64,000 nucleotides of DNA from a virus (lineage: Duplodnaviria > Caudoviricetes). Both the position numbers and the translations under genes were made by a program. The notes beneath the pieces were generated by a model. The model was not told the DNA's origin. It did not search any database and saw nothing but the letters and a program-made list of their open reading frames with translations. The DNA lies in the IMG/VR virus record IMGVR_UViG_3300043754_000129, positions 32,001 through 96,000 of that record. One strand, 5' to 3'. Below, piece by piece: positions 48,003 through 58,221 of this stretch; the stretch's first letter is position 1, and each line of letters opens with the position of its first letter.

Positions 48003-49943
48003 TTAACCCCAGCGGCTGAAGCCCGAACGGTTGCCGAAGTTGCCTTGCGGCTGGCCCTGGTAGCCGCGGTTGAACACGCCCGAGTTGTAGCCCATGGTGT
48101 CCAGCGCAGCGTGCGCGACGTACGGGTTGACCGCACGTTCGTAGCTTTGCAGATCCGCGTACGGAGCGATCGTACGCACTTGCAGGCCGACGTCCTTCAC
48201 GGCTTGCGTGAGAGCGTTGACGAAGTCCGGCTCGAAAGTCACGCGACGCGCGAAGCCTTCGATGTGAACGTTCTGCTTGCCGAGGATGCCCTCGATGATC
48301 TGCTTGCGCTTGGCCAGGCGCACTTCGAGCGGGATGCCCGTGAGTGCGTACGAATCCGACCATTCGCGCGCCAGTTCCGGATCGCGATCGCCGACCATGT
48401 TCAGCACGGCCAGGTAATCGACTTCGCGCAGGTCGTGCTTCAGACCGTCACGACCGATGAAGTAACCCAGGTGGATGCGGTTGTTTTCATCGATGATGAT
48501 GCGCGTGCCCGGTGCCAGGTAGTTCGACAGGCGGCCGTTCGTCAGCTTGTTCGCTTCGTCGTAGATGTACTGCGACGCTGCTGCGCTTGCTGCGTTCGAC
48601 TGCTCGCCGGCTGCGGCGAAGACGCTGGAGATCCAGGTCGTCGGGCCTGCTTCGGGGATGTCCATCGACAGGAGCAGCTTCGGCTGGAACACCGATGCCA
48701 CCAGACGCAGGAGGAAGTCGCCCTGCATGTTGTTCGTACGCTGGAATGCGTCCGACTTCGTGTCGATGCGCGAGCCGAAGCCCGTGGTGTTGCCTTCGAA
48801 GTTCGCTTCGATGCCGACGGCGCCGATGTCCTTCCAGTCGATACCGTCTTGCACGACCGGCGACGGACGGAACGCTTCGACCCAGCCGTTCTGTTCACGC
48901 AGCGTGAACGCCGTGACCAGTGCGAGCAGCTGAGCGCGGATCGACAGCACGTTCTGCGAGTCGAGATCGGTGATCACGAAACGCGGCACGTACTTCTTGT
49001 ACGCGTCCGGCGACTGCTGTTGCTGAACTTGCGGCACCCATGCGTTGAACGCCTGAGCTTGCGAGATGGCCGGGGCCCACACGAGGTCCATGTAGCCAGC
49101 CACGCGAGCGAGCGTCTTCACGCGCGACGTGACACCTTGCTGACCCGGCACCGGCTGGCCGCCGATACGGAAGTCGATGACGATGTCCGAGCGGATCGGC
49201 GAGCCGACGATGTCTTCGGTCGGTGCGTTGTTGAACGACGACTGAACCGTCAGCGTGTTGTCCTGCTCGATGTTGCCCAGCTCGATGTCCGGGAAGCCGG
49301 CCAGACGAGCGAGTTCCGTCGAACCTGCGAGCACGGCGTTCGCCGCCAGGTTGTACAGGCGCTTCTTGTTCGTCACGTCGAACGTGCTCGGCACGACTTC
49401 AGCGTCAACCGGATGCAGTGCCAGGCCCGGGAAGGCGCGCGACACCCATTCGCGAACTTCGTTCTGGAAGACCGGCGTGTACACGTCGCCCGTGGTGCGC
49501 GTGACTTCGATCTGGTTGTTGCCGATCTGCTGCATTTGCGACTGGATCGGTTCGCTCGAGCCGTCGAGGATCAGGGTGTGGTACGCCACGCCGAGTTCCT
49601 TCGCGTTCTTGTTCGACACTGCAACGACGATCGCCGACTTTTCCAGAGTGCGGGTCTGATCGAGGTCGATGGGGATGAGCGTCACGTCGTACTCGCTACG
49701 CACCGCTTCCTCGTACACGCCCTTCAGGGCCGCGTTGAGGGTGCTGATGATATCGCTTTCCGGCGAGCGCGACATGGCGTTCGGGTTGGCCGACCAGAAG
49801 TCAGCGAGGCGCTGACGATGCTGACCGCGCGGGGCTTGCTGATAGCCGCCTTGCGTGCCAGCGTCCTGGCGTTGCTGGGCGCCAGCGAATGCTGCACCCA
49901 TCGTCGTTTGCGACTGGCCGTTGTCTTCGGATTTCACTGCCAT
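48003..49943 (-). CDS. chmA: Chimallin, major phage nuclear shell protein
   Basis: 646 aa, immediately upstream of the gp55-like RNAP subunit (canonical chmA locus), with its own promoter and terminator, flexible N- and C-terminal segments and PRFVIT / ENNRIHLGY motifs. Confidence 0.88.
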   Translation of the reverse strand: MAVKSEDNGQSQTTMGAAFAGAQQRQDAGTQGGYQQAPRGQHRQRLADFWSANPNAMSRSPESDIISTLNAALKGVYEEAVRSEYDVTLIPIDLDQTRTLEKSAIVVAVSNKNAKELGVAYHTLILDGSSEPIQSQMQQIGNNQIEVTRTTGDVYTPVFQNEVREWVSRAFPGLALHPVDAEVVPSTFDVTNKKRLYNLAANAVLAGSTELARLAGFPDIELGNIEQDNTLTVQSSFNNAPTEDIVGSPIRSDIVIDFRIGGQPVPGQQGVTSRVKTLARVAGYMDLVWAPAISQAQAFNAWVPQVQQQQSPDAYKKYVPRFVITDLDSQNVLSIRAQLLALVTAFTLREQNGWVEAFRPSPVVQDGIDWKDIGAVGIEANFEGNTTGFGSRIDTKSDAFQRTNNMQGDFLLRLVASVFQPKLLLSMDIPEAGPTTWISSVFAAAGEQSNAASAAASQYIYDEANKLTNGRLSNYLAPGTRIIIDENNRIHLGYFIGRDGLKHDLREVDYLAVLNMVGDRDPELAREWSDSYALTGIPLEVRLAKRKQIIEGILGKQNVHIEGFARRVTFEPDFVNALTQAVKDVGLQVRTIAPYADLQSYERAVNPYVAHAALDTMGYNSGVFNRGYQGQPQGNFGNRSGFSRWG

Positions 49944-50018
49944 GATTTCGTTTCCTTCTCGTTTAAACTGAGTTAATGATCGCGCGAAACACTATACTCT
50001 TGCTACAGTGTCAAGATA

Positions 50019-50026
50019 GTGATATG
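50019..50026 (-). promoter_or_regulatory. Candidate early promoter CATATCAC
   Basis: Variant of TATATTAC about 75 nt upstream of chmA. Confidence 0.45.
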
Positions 50027-50215
50027 TGTCCATTTTTCGATTGGATCACACCCACTCCTGCGCGAACTCGCTTGGGTGAAACAGACTGCAAAAACAAACA
50101 AAGGGAATTACGGGGTGTTTTTGCTGACCCCGAACTCACGCTCGTAGTCAGGAAAGGAAGTGTTTCATTCCTTCTATAAGATAAGGGTGGTGCAGTTATT
50201 TTTTTACCGCATCAC

Positions 50216-50950
50216 TTATCGCTTCTTGAGACGAGGCTTCCCGTTGCCATCCATCGTGCTGGAGTACCGTGCACGACGTTCAGATGCTCGCAGCGTACGC
50301 TCGCCACCATTCATCCAACCGCTATGGATCGGATAGGTGATCGTGTACGTGCCGTAGAATCCCGTTTCATCGGCCGGGAGTTCAAACACCAGGCCGCCCT
50401 TCCAGCGGATGCGGAAGTTGGAGATGTGACCGTTGTACGCATAGCGCGACCAATCCGCACACTTCGGAACATTCAGATACTTTAGCTCCGGCAAGTTGTA
50501 CGCGTTGATCCCAGCGTAGCGTTTGGCCGGAATCCAGAAACGGCGAGGCGGTCGCATCGTTACCGGATTCCACGGCTCAAGAATCCGAGCGCGGCGGCGC
50601 AGCTGATGGCCGAAACCATTGCCCATCTCGAGACGCGTGATCTTGGGAAAGCCAGGCGGCTTCGCTTCGCCCATCACGCCATTCATGAACTGCCAGAAGT
50701 TCGTGAAGTAGTTGCGGATCGGATCAGCCATCGGATAGTAGCGCTCGTTCCAGGTGAACGTCGGTTGCTCCACGCTCTTGATATCGACAGTCTCTGCGGC
50801 GTTGAGCACGACATCGCCATCGAAGTCATTGACCAGGCCTTCCAATAGCTCGGTCGTGTTTAGGCTCTTGCCTGTGTTGCGCCCCATGACAAAGCCCACG
50901 GACTTGCCATCCGCGAGGGCGTCAAAGCCGTTCATGTAAAGAAGCGTCAT
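50216..50950 (-). CDS. Hypothetical protein
   Basis: 244 aa; start overlaps the upstream stop (ATGA). Confidence 0.6.
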   Translation of the reverse strand: MTLLYMNGFDALADGKSVGFVMGRNTGKSLNTTELLEGLVNDFDGDVVLNAAETVDIKSVEQPTFTWNERYYPMADPIRNYFTNFWQFMNGVMGEAKPPGFPKITRLEMGNGFGHQLRRRARILEPWNPVTMRPPRRFWIPAKRYAGINAYNLPELKYLNVPKCADWSRYAYNGHISNFRIRWKGGLVFELPADETGFYGTYTITYPIHSGWMNGGERTLRASERRARYSSTMDGNGKPRLKKR

Positions 50951-51204
50951 CGGTTATTCCACCACTTACGATTAGGCCCGTAGGTCTTTTTTCTTTTATT
51001 CCCTCGGCGCTCCGCACGAGGGCGGAAATCCATCGGGTCCACTGTTTCGTACGTCACGACCATGTCTTTCGGAGCACCGTGCAAAATCGCCAGCTTCTTG
51101 TACAGGTCACCAAAGCCGTGAGTCGTCAGAGGCTCACGATGGACTTCTTTGCCGTTCAGGGTCCAGACGACGTAGGTCACTGGTCCTGGAGTCGCCATGC
51201 CCAT
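50947..51204 (-). CDS. Small protein with basic RKWWNNR tail
   Basis: TGATG-coupled start at 51204. Confidence 0.6.
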   Translation of the reverse strand: MGMATPGPVTYVVWTLNGKEVHREPLTTHGFGDLYKKLAILHGAPKDMVVTYETVDPMDFRPRAERRGNKRKKTYGPNRKWWNNR

Positions 51205-51401
51205 CAGTGCCCCCAATGCGAGAGCCAGACTGCGAAGACGATCCACACCACGAGGGTTGCGATCAGGCCGTAGAACCAGCAGCCCATGAACCACCAGGCG
51301 CCTTTATCCAGCGTGAACTTGTCCTTGTTCGGCCAAAGAAACGGAAAGAGAAAAGCCGCGATCGTAAAGATGACCGGCCACCAGATATTCGGATGCGTCA
51401 T
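51204..51401 (-). CDS. Small Trp-rich membrane protein with two TM helices
   Basis: MTHPNIWWPVIFTIAAFLFPFLW...FMGCWFYGLIATLVVWIVFAVW; ATGA-coupled. Confidence 0.6.
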   Translation of the reverse strand: MTHPNIWWPVIFTIAAFLFPFLWPNKDKFTLDKGAWWFMGCWFYGLIATLVVWIVFAVWLSHWGH

Positions 51402-51580
51402 CGTTGATCCCACCATCTACGCCCGGAGGCATTCTTGGTCTTCTTGTTCCCAAGGTTGCGGGCGCGTTTGCGCACGTCTTCCTGTGCCTCGGGTACGTCG
51501 GCTTTTGCCATCGCTTCCTCTTCGCTGAGGAGCGAGTCTTTGAACTCGGGGTGGTTGCGATAGTGTCGTTTGTCAAACAT
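51398..51580 (-). CDS. Small protein with basic RRWWDQR tail
   Basis: TGATG-coupled start at 51580. Confidence 0.6.
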   Translation of the reverse strand: MFDKRHYRNHPEFKDSLLSEEEAMAKADVPEAQEDVRKRARNLGNKKTKNASGRRWWDQR

Positions 51581-51939
51581 CACCGGTGCTCCCACCACTT
51601 GCGACCCTTGGCATTCTGGGACGCTTTGTTGGCATCGCGCTTTTTGCGCAAGGCCTTATTGACGACGCTCTTGGAGTCCGGTGCTGCAAACTCCGAGAAA
51701 TCCATGTCTTTCAGAATGGCCGTGATGGTCATTCCGTTGGGAGTGCCGAACGTCGACGTCGCACCTGTGAAGATACTGGTCGGTGGCTCGATCAGTAACG
51801 GCTCCATGACGGGATGGTCCCGATTCATGCGCCGGATATCGTCAAGCAGACTGTGGTGATGGTCAGCACCCACCACGATGGCGGGCACTTGGACCTCTTT
51901 CAGTTCCGGCAACCACTTGGGATCGAAGACAGGTTTCAC
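51580..51939 (-). CDS. Small protein with basic RKWWEHR tail
   Basis: GTG at 51939 overlaps the TGA of the upstream gene. Confidence 0.6.
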   Translation of the reverse strand: MKPVFDPKWLPELKEVQVPAIVVGADHHHSLLDDIRRMNRDHPVMEPLLIEPPTSIFTGATSTFGTPNGMTITAILKDMDFSEFAAPDSKSVVNKALRKKRDANKASQNAKGRKWWEHR

Positions 51940-52340
51940 TTCATCTTCCCCGTGACGCCGTTCTGCTCCATGATCCAGAAGTCCACGTTCGACACGTAGA
52001 TCGACACGAACTCTTCGAGCGACACCTTCGGATACCACTTGTTACGCGGATCCTGGTCGGTGTAGTTGCCATGCCGGATATACACGGAGAGGCTATCGTC
52101 CTGCTCGATTTCGACGTCGAGAAAGAACGGCCGCTCGTACCAGTAAAAGCCGATGGTACCATTCGCACCAAGCATCGGCGTCGGAGCACTGAAGTCTTTA
52201 GGCAGAGCCTCGAGAAACTTCTGAGCGATCGCCACATGTTCCTTACGGGGCGGTACACCCTGATCCAGATCCCAGCCTTTCTCGAGATCGGCATAGCGAG
52301 CCAGTTCCCCACGGGCTGCTTCAATCGTCGTTGCAGTCAT
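51936..52340 (-). CDS. Hypothetical protein
   Basis: 134 aa with GGGAG RBS. Confidence 0.65.
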   Translation of the reverse strand: MTATTIEAARGELARYADLEKGWDLDQGVPPRKEHVAIAQKFLEALPKDFSAPTPMLGANGTIGFYWYERPFFLDVEIEQDDSLSVYIRHGNYTDQDPRNKWYPKVSLEEFVSIYVSNVDFWIMEQNGVTGKMK

Positions 52341-52548
52341 CGCTTACGCTCCCACCTCGATTGTTCCCACCAACGACGACCGCGCTTGTAGCGCGATCCC
52401 CCACTCGGCTCCGGTGAGTCTTGACAGGGGTCAGGATCCCGCGGCTCTGCCCGTGCACGCTTTGCGGCCGCAATGGCTTCTTGCTCAGCGTTATGTTCTT
52501 CGACGGTCTTCAATTTTATGTCCTCATTTTTCTAATCGGAACAGCGCC

Positions 52549-53640
52549 ATGCACGCATTGTTTAATCTGGAACCGAAGGCACAAACTGGCGTCCAGATTC
52601 CGGCGCTGTGGCCCTACGTCAAACAAGGCTTGCGAGCCAACGTCGCCCAGATCGTCAACTACTACCGCGGCAACCCCCAAGCGGTTAAGAGTGATCATCT
52701 CCTAGTGAAAATCATCCAGTCCATGGATATTCCCTTTTCAGTAGGGTACGATCGCTATTTCGAACTGGCAGACGCCTCTGCATTAGATCTCGCGATGTTG
52801 TTAAAATTAACCTCCTCACTTTACAAGGGGCAGGTTTGGGACGGTGTGTTCTACGGTCCTGGCAGTCGAGAGATCATCATCGCTCACACGGGTGAGTTCG
52901 ATTACAACAAGGTGCAGAAAGAATGGCAGAACGTGCAGGCCGTGCGGGTACTGCGTCATGCCAAGAGCGATCTGTATCTGAACCTGCCCGATGCGCAGCG
53001 TAACACCACGGAGTCAGGTGTAGCGGTGATTGCAATCAACATCCCGCTCTTGATGTGTCAGTACTACTGGTTCCGTCAAGCGTACTGGATGGAAGACCAC
53101 GATCTGGATACGCGACCCGACACGATGTTCGTGCACATGTACGTGTTGCCCAACATGCTCTTCAGTCATCTGGATCAGGCGCTCTTTAACCGGATTCAGA
53201 AGCTGAGTCATGGGGAACCCGTCGGCCAGTCGATGAAGCGTCATCCGTTTGCCCAGATCAGCTACGACCCGAAGGTCGATCAATGCTACCGGGCCGTGCT
53301 GGATAACCTGCGTCGTCAAGAGAAGAACTTCGTCGGCACTCTCCAGAACGTTCCAGCTGCGATTCGCGAGAACATGGAGAAGGTGATGCACGTGCCGGAT
53401 ATGGCACCGACGCGTCAAGTCATGTGGGCGTTGGCCATTGCGCGCTTTCCTGCACTGGACTTTGTGGTGGAGCAAGCACACCGCACCCCACAGACAAAGA
53501 ACCAAGCAGATGTGGATCGCGTGAACCGCACCTTCCTCTTGTGGCGCAACATGCGGATCTTTGAAGGCGTCATGCCGCCCGATATGCATGGAGACGTCAT
53601 AAGGGAAATGACCGCTATCCAGGAAAAGGCGAACCCTTAA
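52549..53640 (+). CDS. Conserved hypothetical protein (phiKZ gp52 position)
   Basis: Isolated plus-strand gene between chmA and the DNA polymerase, likely ATG 52549; identity by synteny only. Confidence 0.7.
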   Translation: MHALFNLEPKAQTGVQIPALWPYVKQGLRANVAQIVNYYRGNPQAVKSDHLLVKIIQSMDIPFSVGYDRYFELADASALDLAMLLKLTSSLYKGQVWDGVFYGPGSREIIIAHTGEFDYNKVQKEWQNVQAVRVLRHAKSDLYLNLPDAQRNTTESGVAVIAINIPLLMCQYYWFRQAYWMEDHDLDTRPDTMFVHMYVLPNMLFSHLDQALFNRIQKLSHGEPVGQSMKRHPFAQISYDPKVDQCYRAVLDNLRRQEKNFVGTLQNVPAAIRENMEKVMHVPDMAPTRQVMWALAIARFPALDFVVEQAHRTPQTKNQADVDRVNRTFLLWRNMRIFEGVMPPDMHGDVIREMTAIQEKANP

Positions 53641-53822
53641 CTGGATAGCAGGCCATCACTCGAATTGCTGGGCGATGATGTAAAACAGGCAAAGCACACA
53701 CCAGACGGCTAGACCGAAGGTGGTCCCGTCGCTGATATCCTTGTGGTTATACCAGGCAATGGCGGCTCCCACGGAGTCCGCTAGAATCTGGCTGAGCAAC
53801 AGGGTAATCAGGGACGGGTTCT

Positions 53823-54212
53823 TCAGTTTGAACTGCAAGGACGCGCGTCGCACACTTCCTCCGGAGCACTCTGGGCTTTGAGCGTTTCGTACAGACCGCG
53901 CGTACCGCCCAGTTCTTCGAGCTTCTTCAGACCGTCCTTGAAGCCCGAGACATCCATCAGTTGGTTGAAGAGCATGCGGCCGTAGTAGGTTGCGCACGTA
54001 CCAGCTTCTTCCTGGTTGACGATGACCTTGGCTGCGAAGCCCGCTTCGATGAGCGAGTCGCGGTGACTCTTGCAGAGAATGTTGCCGTCTTCGACCGGAC
54101 CCTGCTTGATGAGCTGGATGAGCTGCGCCGTACAGTCTTCACGGAGCTTGCTCGTGTCGATAGGTTCGTCTTCGAAAGCTGCCCGCTTCCGCAGGCTGTA
54201 AAGCGTTTTCAT
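53823..54212 (-). CDS. Hypothetical protein
   Basis: 129 aa with GGAG RBS. Confidence 0.6.
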   Translation of the reverse strand: MKTLYSLRKRAAFEDEPIDTSKLREDCTAQLIQLIKQGPVEDGNILCKSHRDSLIEAGFAAKVIVNQEEAGTCATYYGRMLFNQLMDVSGFKDGLKKLEELGGTRGLYETLKAQSAPEEVCDARPCSSN

Positions 54213-54433
54213 CTGATCTCCATCGCCCGGCCTCAGCCGGGCTTTATGCCGAGTTGTTAGTTTTTAGTCCGTCGCGGGCCGGTTCCTCGTTCGATAGCCG
54301 CGGTACACCACAGCGATTGCCAGAAGCCCAACCCAAATACCTACACCAACTGCGTAGTGCATCACTCATCCTTCTTACTGTTAGTTAGTCGGTCCAAGTG
54401 CAACACCCCGTATGGCATCTGCGACTCAAGTCG

Positions 54434-54625
54434 CTATCGAGTAAAGCGGAACCCCATGAACCACAGGTCCACGCGTGCAAACCACTTGCCGTCATGCAGA
54501 CCGAAACCTGCGCGCAACATGCGGTTCTTTTGATCCAGCACAATCGGGAACACTTTGAAGAACCCGAAGATGTGCAGCATCAACAAAACAAAGACGATCA
54601 CAGCTGCGTAACATTGCCACTGCAT
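54434..54625 (-). CDS. Small membrane protein
   Basis: N-terminal hydrophobic AAVIVFVLLMLHIFGFF. Confidence 0.5.
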   Translation of the reverse strand: MQWQCYAAVIVFVLLMLHIFGFFKVFPIVLDQKNRMLRAGFGLHDGKWFARVDLWFMGFRFTR

Positions 54626-54737
54626 TTCCTACCCCCGACGGCGTACCCAGCCGTAGCCAAACACGTCCAGGTAGCGACGCGGTGTGATCTCAATGACCTT
54701 CACCGCGAACGCCACCAAGGACGCCCCGATTGCCGCT

Positions 54738-56897
54738 CTAAGCGGCTTCTTTATTCCCTTCATAGTAGTCGCTCACCAGTTGCAGACTCTTGTCCGTGTG
54801 AACGTACACGCCGAGCGATTCGAGCAAGATGTAGAACACATTGACCGTATCGATCTGAATCTTGCGCACGTCCACTCGCTCCAGGATCTCTTTCGGGATC
54901 CCAATCGATTGGATGATCTGTTCCGGCACGTGGAACGTGGTGATGGCCTTCTTGCCGAACTTCACCAGCCAGGCTGCAATCTTCTCAGCCAGGTCACGAT
55001 CTTCCATCTTCGCCAGCCACGCCTTCACCTTGGTCGGGCTATCCATGTCCACGCTGATCTTCACCGACGACCAGGGCGGTTCCGGCATCTGACCATACTT
55101 CGTGCCAAACGTGTCGTTCCAGAACAGATAGTGCGCGTAGTTCGACTTCTCCGGAGGCAGCGTGTAGGACGCTGCCGTCTTGATCTGACCCATCCGGAAA
55201 TACTCGTAGCTATTGCGCACCATGATCGAATCATAAATGTCGTGCTCGAGCGTGGCAATCTCGTTCAGGTACTTCGTGACCGAGAGCTTCTTCTCTTGCA
55301 TGATCGTGTCCATGATTTCGATCATCATAGCTTTAGCCTTCGCCATCACCGCACGCGGTGCATTGGAAGACTTCAGGTGCACGCCCTTGATCTCTTCCTT
55401 CTGGGCCGCGTAGAGGTTACCCTCCTGGCAGCCAATCGAGGCGTAGTAGTGCTTGGCCACCTGGGTCGGCACGAACACGTCGAACTTGTACTCGTTCTTC
55501 ATGGCGACCTGGAACAGACGCTTCTCTTCGATGCCCAGGTTCGCCGACATACGTGCCAGCAAGTGAGTGACCGTTTGTGCCGCCAAGAAGATCATGGTCG
55601 CAGCCACACCCGACGAACGATCGTCGTAACCGTAGCGGCCGTTGTTGTACCAGATCACCCAGTCTTGCACCGTGAAAATCGTCGAGTCGGTATCGCCCAT
55701 CAGCGCCGAGCGACGAATCGATTCCGGGAACTTCGCAAGCGACGACGGTACGTTCTTCGTCACAAAGAAGGCCTTGATCAGATTGCCGTAGTCCGTCACG
55801 GTCTGACCAATGTTGGCGACAGTCGAGGCGAGGATACCGTAGGCATCCGTACCCTTCACGTCCGATACCTTCTTGCCCTTCATCTCACCCGGGCACAGTT
55901 GCGAGGCGAGCGCGATGTGGTCTTCCATCGCATTGCTGATCACCGCTTCCGGTTCCGGATGCACTTCGGCGGTCCGCGACGAGAGACGGTGAATGAAGTC
56001 ATACACCACGGCGTTGTTAAAACGCATCAGGTGATAGAGGTCACCCGTATAGACGAACGCGCTACGCTGGATGTCCGACAGCTTACAGACCAGGACCTTG
56101 ATCAGATCCATGTGAGCATCGTTGCGCCAGTACAGGTTCGTCGAGTACTGAATGCATTCCATGGTCTCTTCGACCGTGGGGTGACGCAGACCAAACTGCG
56201 CCATGGTGGCGCCGATCATTTCGTAATCGGAATTGCTGATGATCGAGATGATGGCGTTCTTCACAACTTCCGGCGACCAGTAGTGCCGGTTGCCGTTCAG
56301 GAACTTCTCGTTGTTAGCCGATCCATAACCCGCTGTAATTCGGCAATTCGACGTAAGAGTTGAATGTGCCGTCTTGTTGAACAGCGGAGTAGAGGCCGAC
56401 ACGTGAGCCCCAGAGCACGCGTTGTTGGATAGCTTACGGTTCGTCTGCTCATTGTCTTTCAGGATTTCGAGGATCTTGTCCCCGTCCATGCGGGCACGGA
56501 ACATGGCTTTCTTTGCCACACTCCGACCCTTAACGTTTTCGTCAATGAAGAGTGCCAGTAGCGACTGCTTCTGAGACGCCGGGATGTACGTGGTAAACGT
56601 AGGAGCAATAATCTCGTCATGACGAATACTCTCGCCAATGTAGCGGCTCAGGGTCGTTTCCATCAAGACCCGGTCGCCCACGTTGTTGCGCTCCAGGTAT
56701 TTGACCATCGGGTCCTTGAACGGGAACTGCCCGTCCGGACGGAGTTGTTGCTTGACGAACGCTCGCGCGGTCTCTTCATCGGTACCTGTCATGATGCACA
56801 GATACGTGGCGACTTGCTTGATGTAGTGGTTGAACACATCAAGATCGCGGTGGTACTGCTGTACGGGGAGGACAAACGGGTTATCGAACGTCGACAC
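54738..56897 (-). CDS. Family-B DNA polymerase, motif B/C subunit (phiKZ gp50-like)
   Basis: Motif B RKLSNNACSG, motif C MGDTDS, and EIKGV. Confidence 0.85.
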   Translation of the reverse strand: MSTFDNPFVLPVQQYHRDLDVFNHYIKQVATYLCIMTGTDEETARAFVKQQLRPDGQFPFKDPMVKYLERNNVGDRVLMETTLSRYIGESIRHDEIIAPTFTTYIPASQKQSLLALFIDENVKGRSVAKKAMFRARMDGDKILEILKDNEQTNRKLSNNACSGAHVSASTPLFNKTAHSTLTSNCRITAGYGSANNEKFLNGNRHYWSPEVVKNAIISIISNSDYEMIGATMAQFGLRHPTVEETMECIQYSTNLYWRNDAHMDLIKVLVCKLSDIQRSAFVYTGDLYHLMRFNNAVVYDFIHRLSSRTAEVHPEPEAVISNAMEDHIALASQLCPGEMKGKKVSDVKGTDAYGILASTVANIGQTVTDYGNLIKAFFVTKNVPSSLAKFPESIRRSALMGDTDSTIFTVQDWVIWYNNGRYGYDDRSSGVAATMIFLAAQTVTHLLARMSANLGIEEKRLFQVAMKNEYKFDVFVPTQVAKHYYASIGCQEGNLYAAQKEEIKGVHLKSSNAPRAVMAKAKAMMIEIMDTIMQEKKLSVTKYLNEIATLEHDIYDSIMVRNSYEYFRMGQIKTAASYTLPPEKSNYAHYLFWNDTFGTKYGQMPEPPWSSVKISVDMDSPTKVKAWLAKMEDRDLAEKIAAWLVKFGKKAITTFHVPEQIIQSIGIPKEILERVDVRKIQIDTVNVFYILLESLGVYVHTDKSLQLVSDYYEGNKEAA

Positions 56898-57364
56898 TTG
56901 TAGTTCCTTGTTCTTTCACTCTCTGTAAGATGATCCGTCGGAGTAAAAATAGTTGACGGCATAAAAAAGAAGGGAGAGAGCCGAAGCCCTCTCCCACCGA
57001 AGACAGCTTAAGGAGCGCCACCTCACCCTCGGGCGATGCGCGATCAGCTCGCCCTCCGGGTAGTGGACATTAGCGCCAAGGAACGCATCTGTTTTCACCA
57101 CCACTGATGAGGCTCGCTCAACCCAAACTGTTTGGCTTTGGTCCCGTTCCCCAACGGTTCATGCAAGTGCCAAGGAACACAGTGCAAGCAATCCGGACGG
57201 GAGCCACCCGCCCTTACCTACGTAAACTTCCCAACCATCGCCCCACAAGCCACCCAAGCAAAAAAGACGATCAATGATTACGTAGGGTACGAGTGCCATG
57301 GCAGCACTCGCCATGAAATGGCACTACGCGATAACTTTTACCTAACACCTTTATTACAAACGAA

Positions 57365-57790
57365 TTACGTCGACCCGTTCGTGGTCGTGAGCGGCGTAAT
57401 CGAGACGCTGATTTGCGTATAGCCGTTGGCGATGAGGGCGTTTTGAATACCCTGCACATCGCTAGCCGTAACACCAGAGACCACAGCGGTGATCACTTGG
57501 TTGGTGGTCGCCGAGATGGTCGACTCGTTAATCCAGGGCATGCCCAGGGCAGTGATCTGTCCTGAGGCCGTGCGAATCTTGACGTAGTTATACTGCGTCG
57601 GATCGTTCGGTGTACCAGCGGGCAAATACGGAAACACGCTGGCGTGCGCACCGACGATGTCGATGACTTGGTTTGCCGACTGAGGGTCGAGCAAACTGAG
57701 AACCGTGACGTTCTGGAAGTTGTCGCCCAGGACGGTCGACGGGTACACGTCAAAGTTCAGAATCTGACCGAGCTGATAAGCATACGTCAT
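57365..57790 (-). CDS. Conserved hypothetical protein
   Basis: Likely start MTYAYQLG at 57790; strong codon bias. Confidence 0.65.
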   Translation of the reverse strand: MTYAYQLGQILNFDVYPSTVLGDNFQNVTVLSLLDPQSANQVIDIVGAHASVFPYLPAGTPNDPTQYNYVKIRTASGQITALGMPWINESTISATTNQVITAVVSGVTASDVQGIQNALIANGYTQISVSITPLTTTNGST

Positions 57791-57834
57791 GATTACTCGC
57801 AAAAAAATAAAGACGCTCCAGGCGTCCAACCTCG

Positions 57835-58221
57835 TTAGAAGTTGAAGTACTGGAGCATCACATCGTTATCGACAAATTGCGCGAACGCGTAATCCATGTT
57901 GCCGGAGTGACTCTTGGGGAAAAAGCCATGCTCCATCAACCGGGAGAACAACGCTTTCGCAAACACATGGACATGGTACTGAACAGCATCATAAACACGC
58001 TGATACTGATCACCCGTCATCGCAGGGATTTCTATACGATTGAAGAACGGGACGAGGCGAACATGCTCCTCGTCACCGCTCCAGTCCATGTAAATGTCGA
58101 AGCACTGCCGGACAATCTCTTCGAAGCCGGCAGGCTTGATGTCAAAAGTTGCGAGTTTGCTACGAAGATCGGAGACAAGATCCCCGACTGGGATGATGAT
58201 GTTACTGTGCGGGGGCTTCAT
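57835..58221 (-). CDS. Hypothetical protein, tandem paralog array member
   Basis: 128 aa; ends YAFAQFVDNDVMLQY. Confidence 0.65.
   Translation of the reverse strand: MKPPHSNIIIPVGDLVSDLRSKLATFDIKPAGFEEIVRQCFDIYMDWSGDEEHVRLVPFFNRIEIPAMTGDQYQRVYDAVQYHVHVFAKALFSRLMEHGFFPKSHSGNMDYAFAQFVDNDVMLQYFNF

Noticed and set aside
50040-50215. Possible structured RNA upstream of chmA
   Set aside because: Only short isolated hairpins (GGGGT/ACCCC, AAGGAA/TTCCTT); not enough support without homologs.
976-56363. Many long ORFs antisense to real genes (e.g. 1855-4005, 16021-18498, 19292-21400, 46057-47937, 48045-49976, 54684-56363)
   Set aside because: These are shadow ORFs from GC-rich codon bias. They are R/H/V-rich, lack motifs and RBSs, and fully overlap motif-bearing genes.
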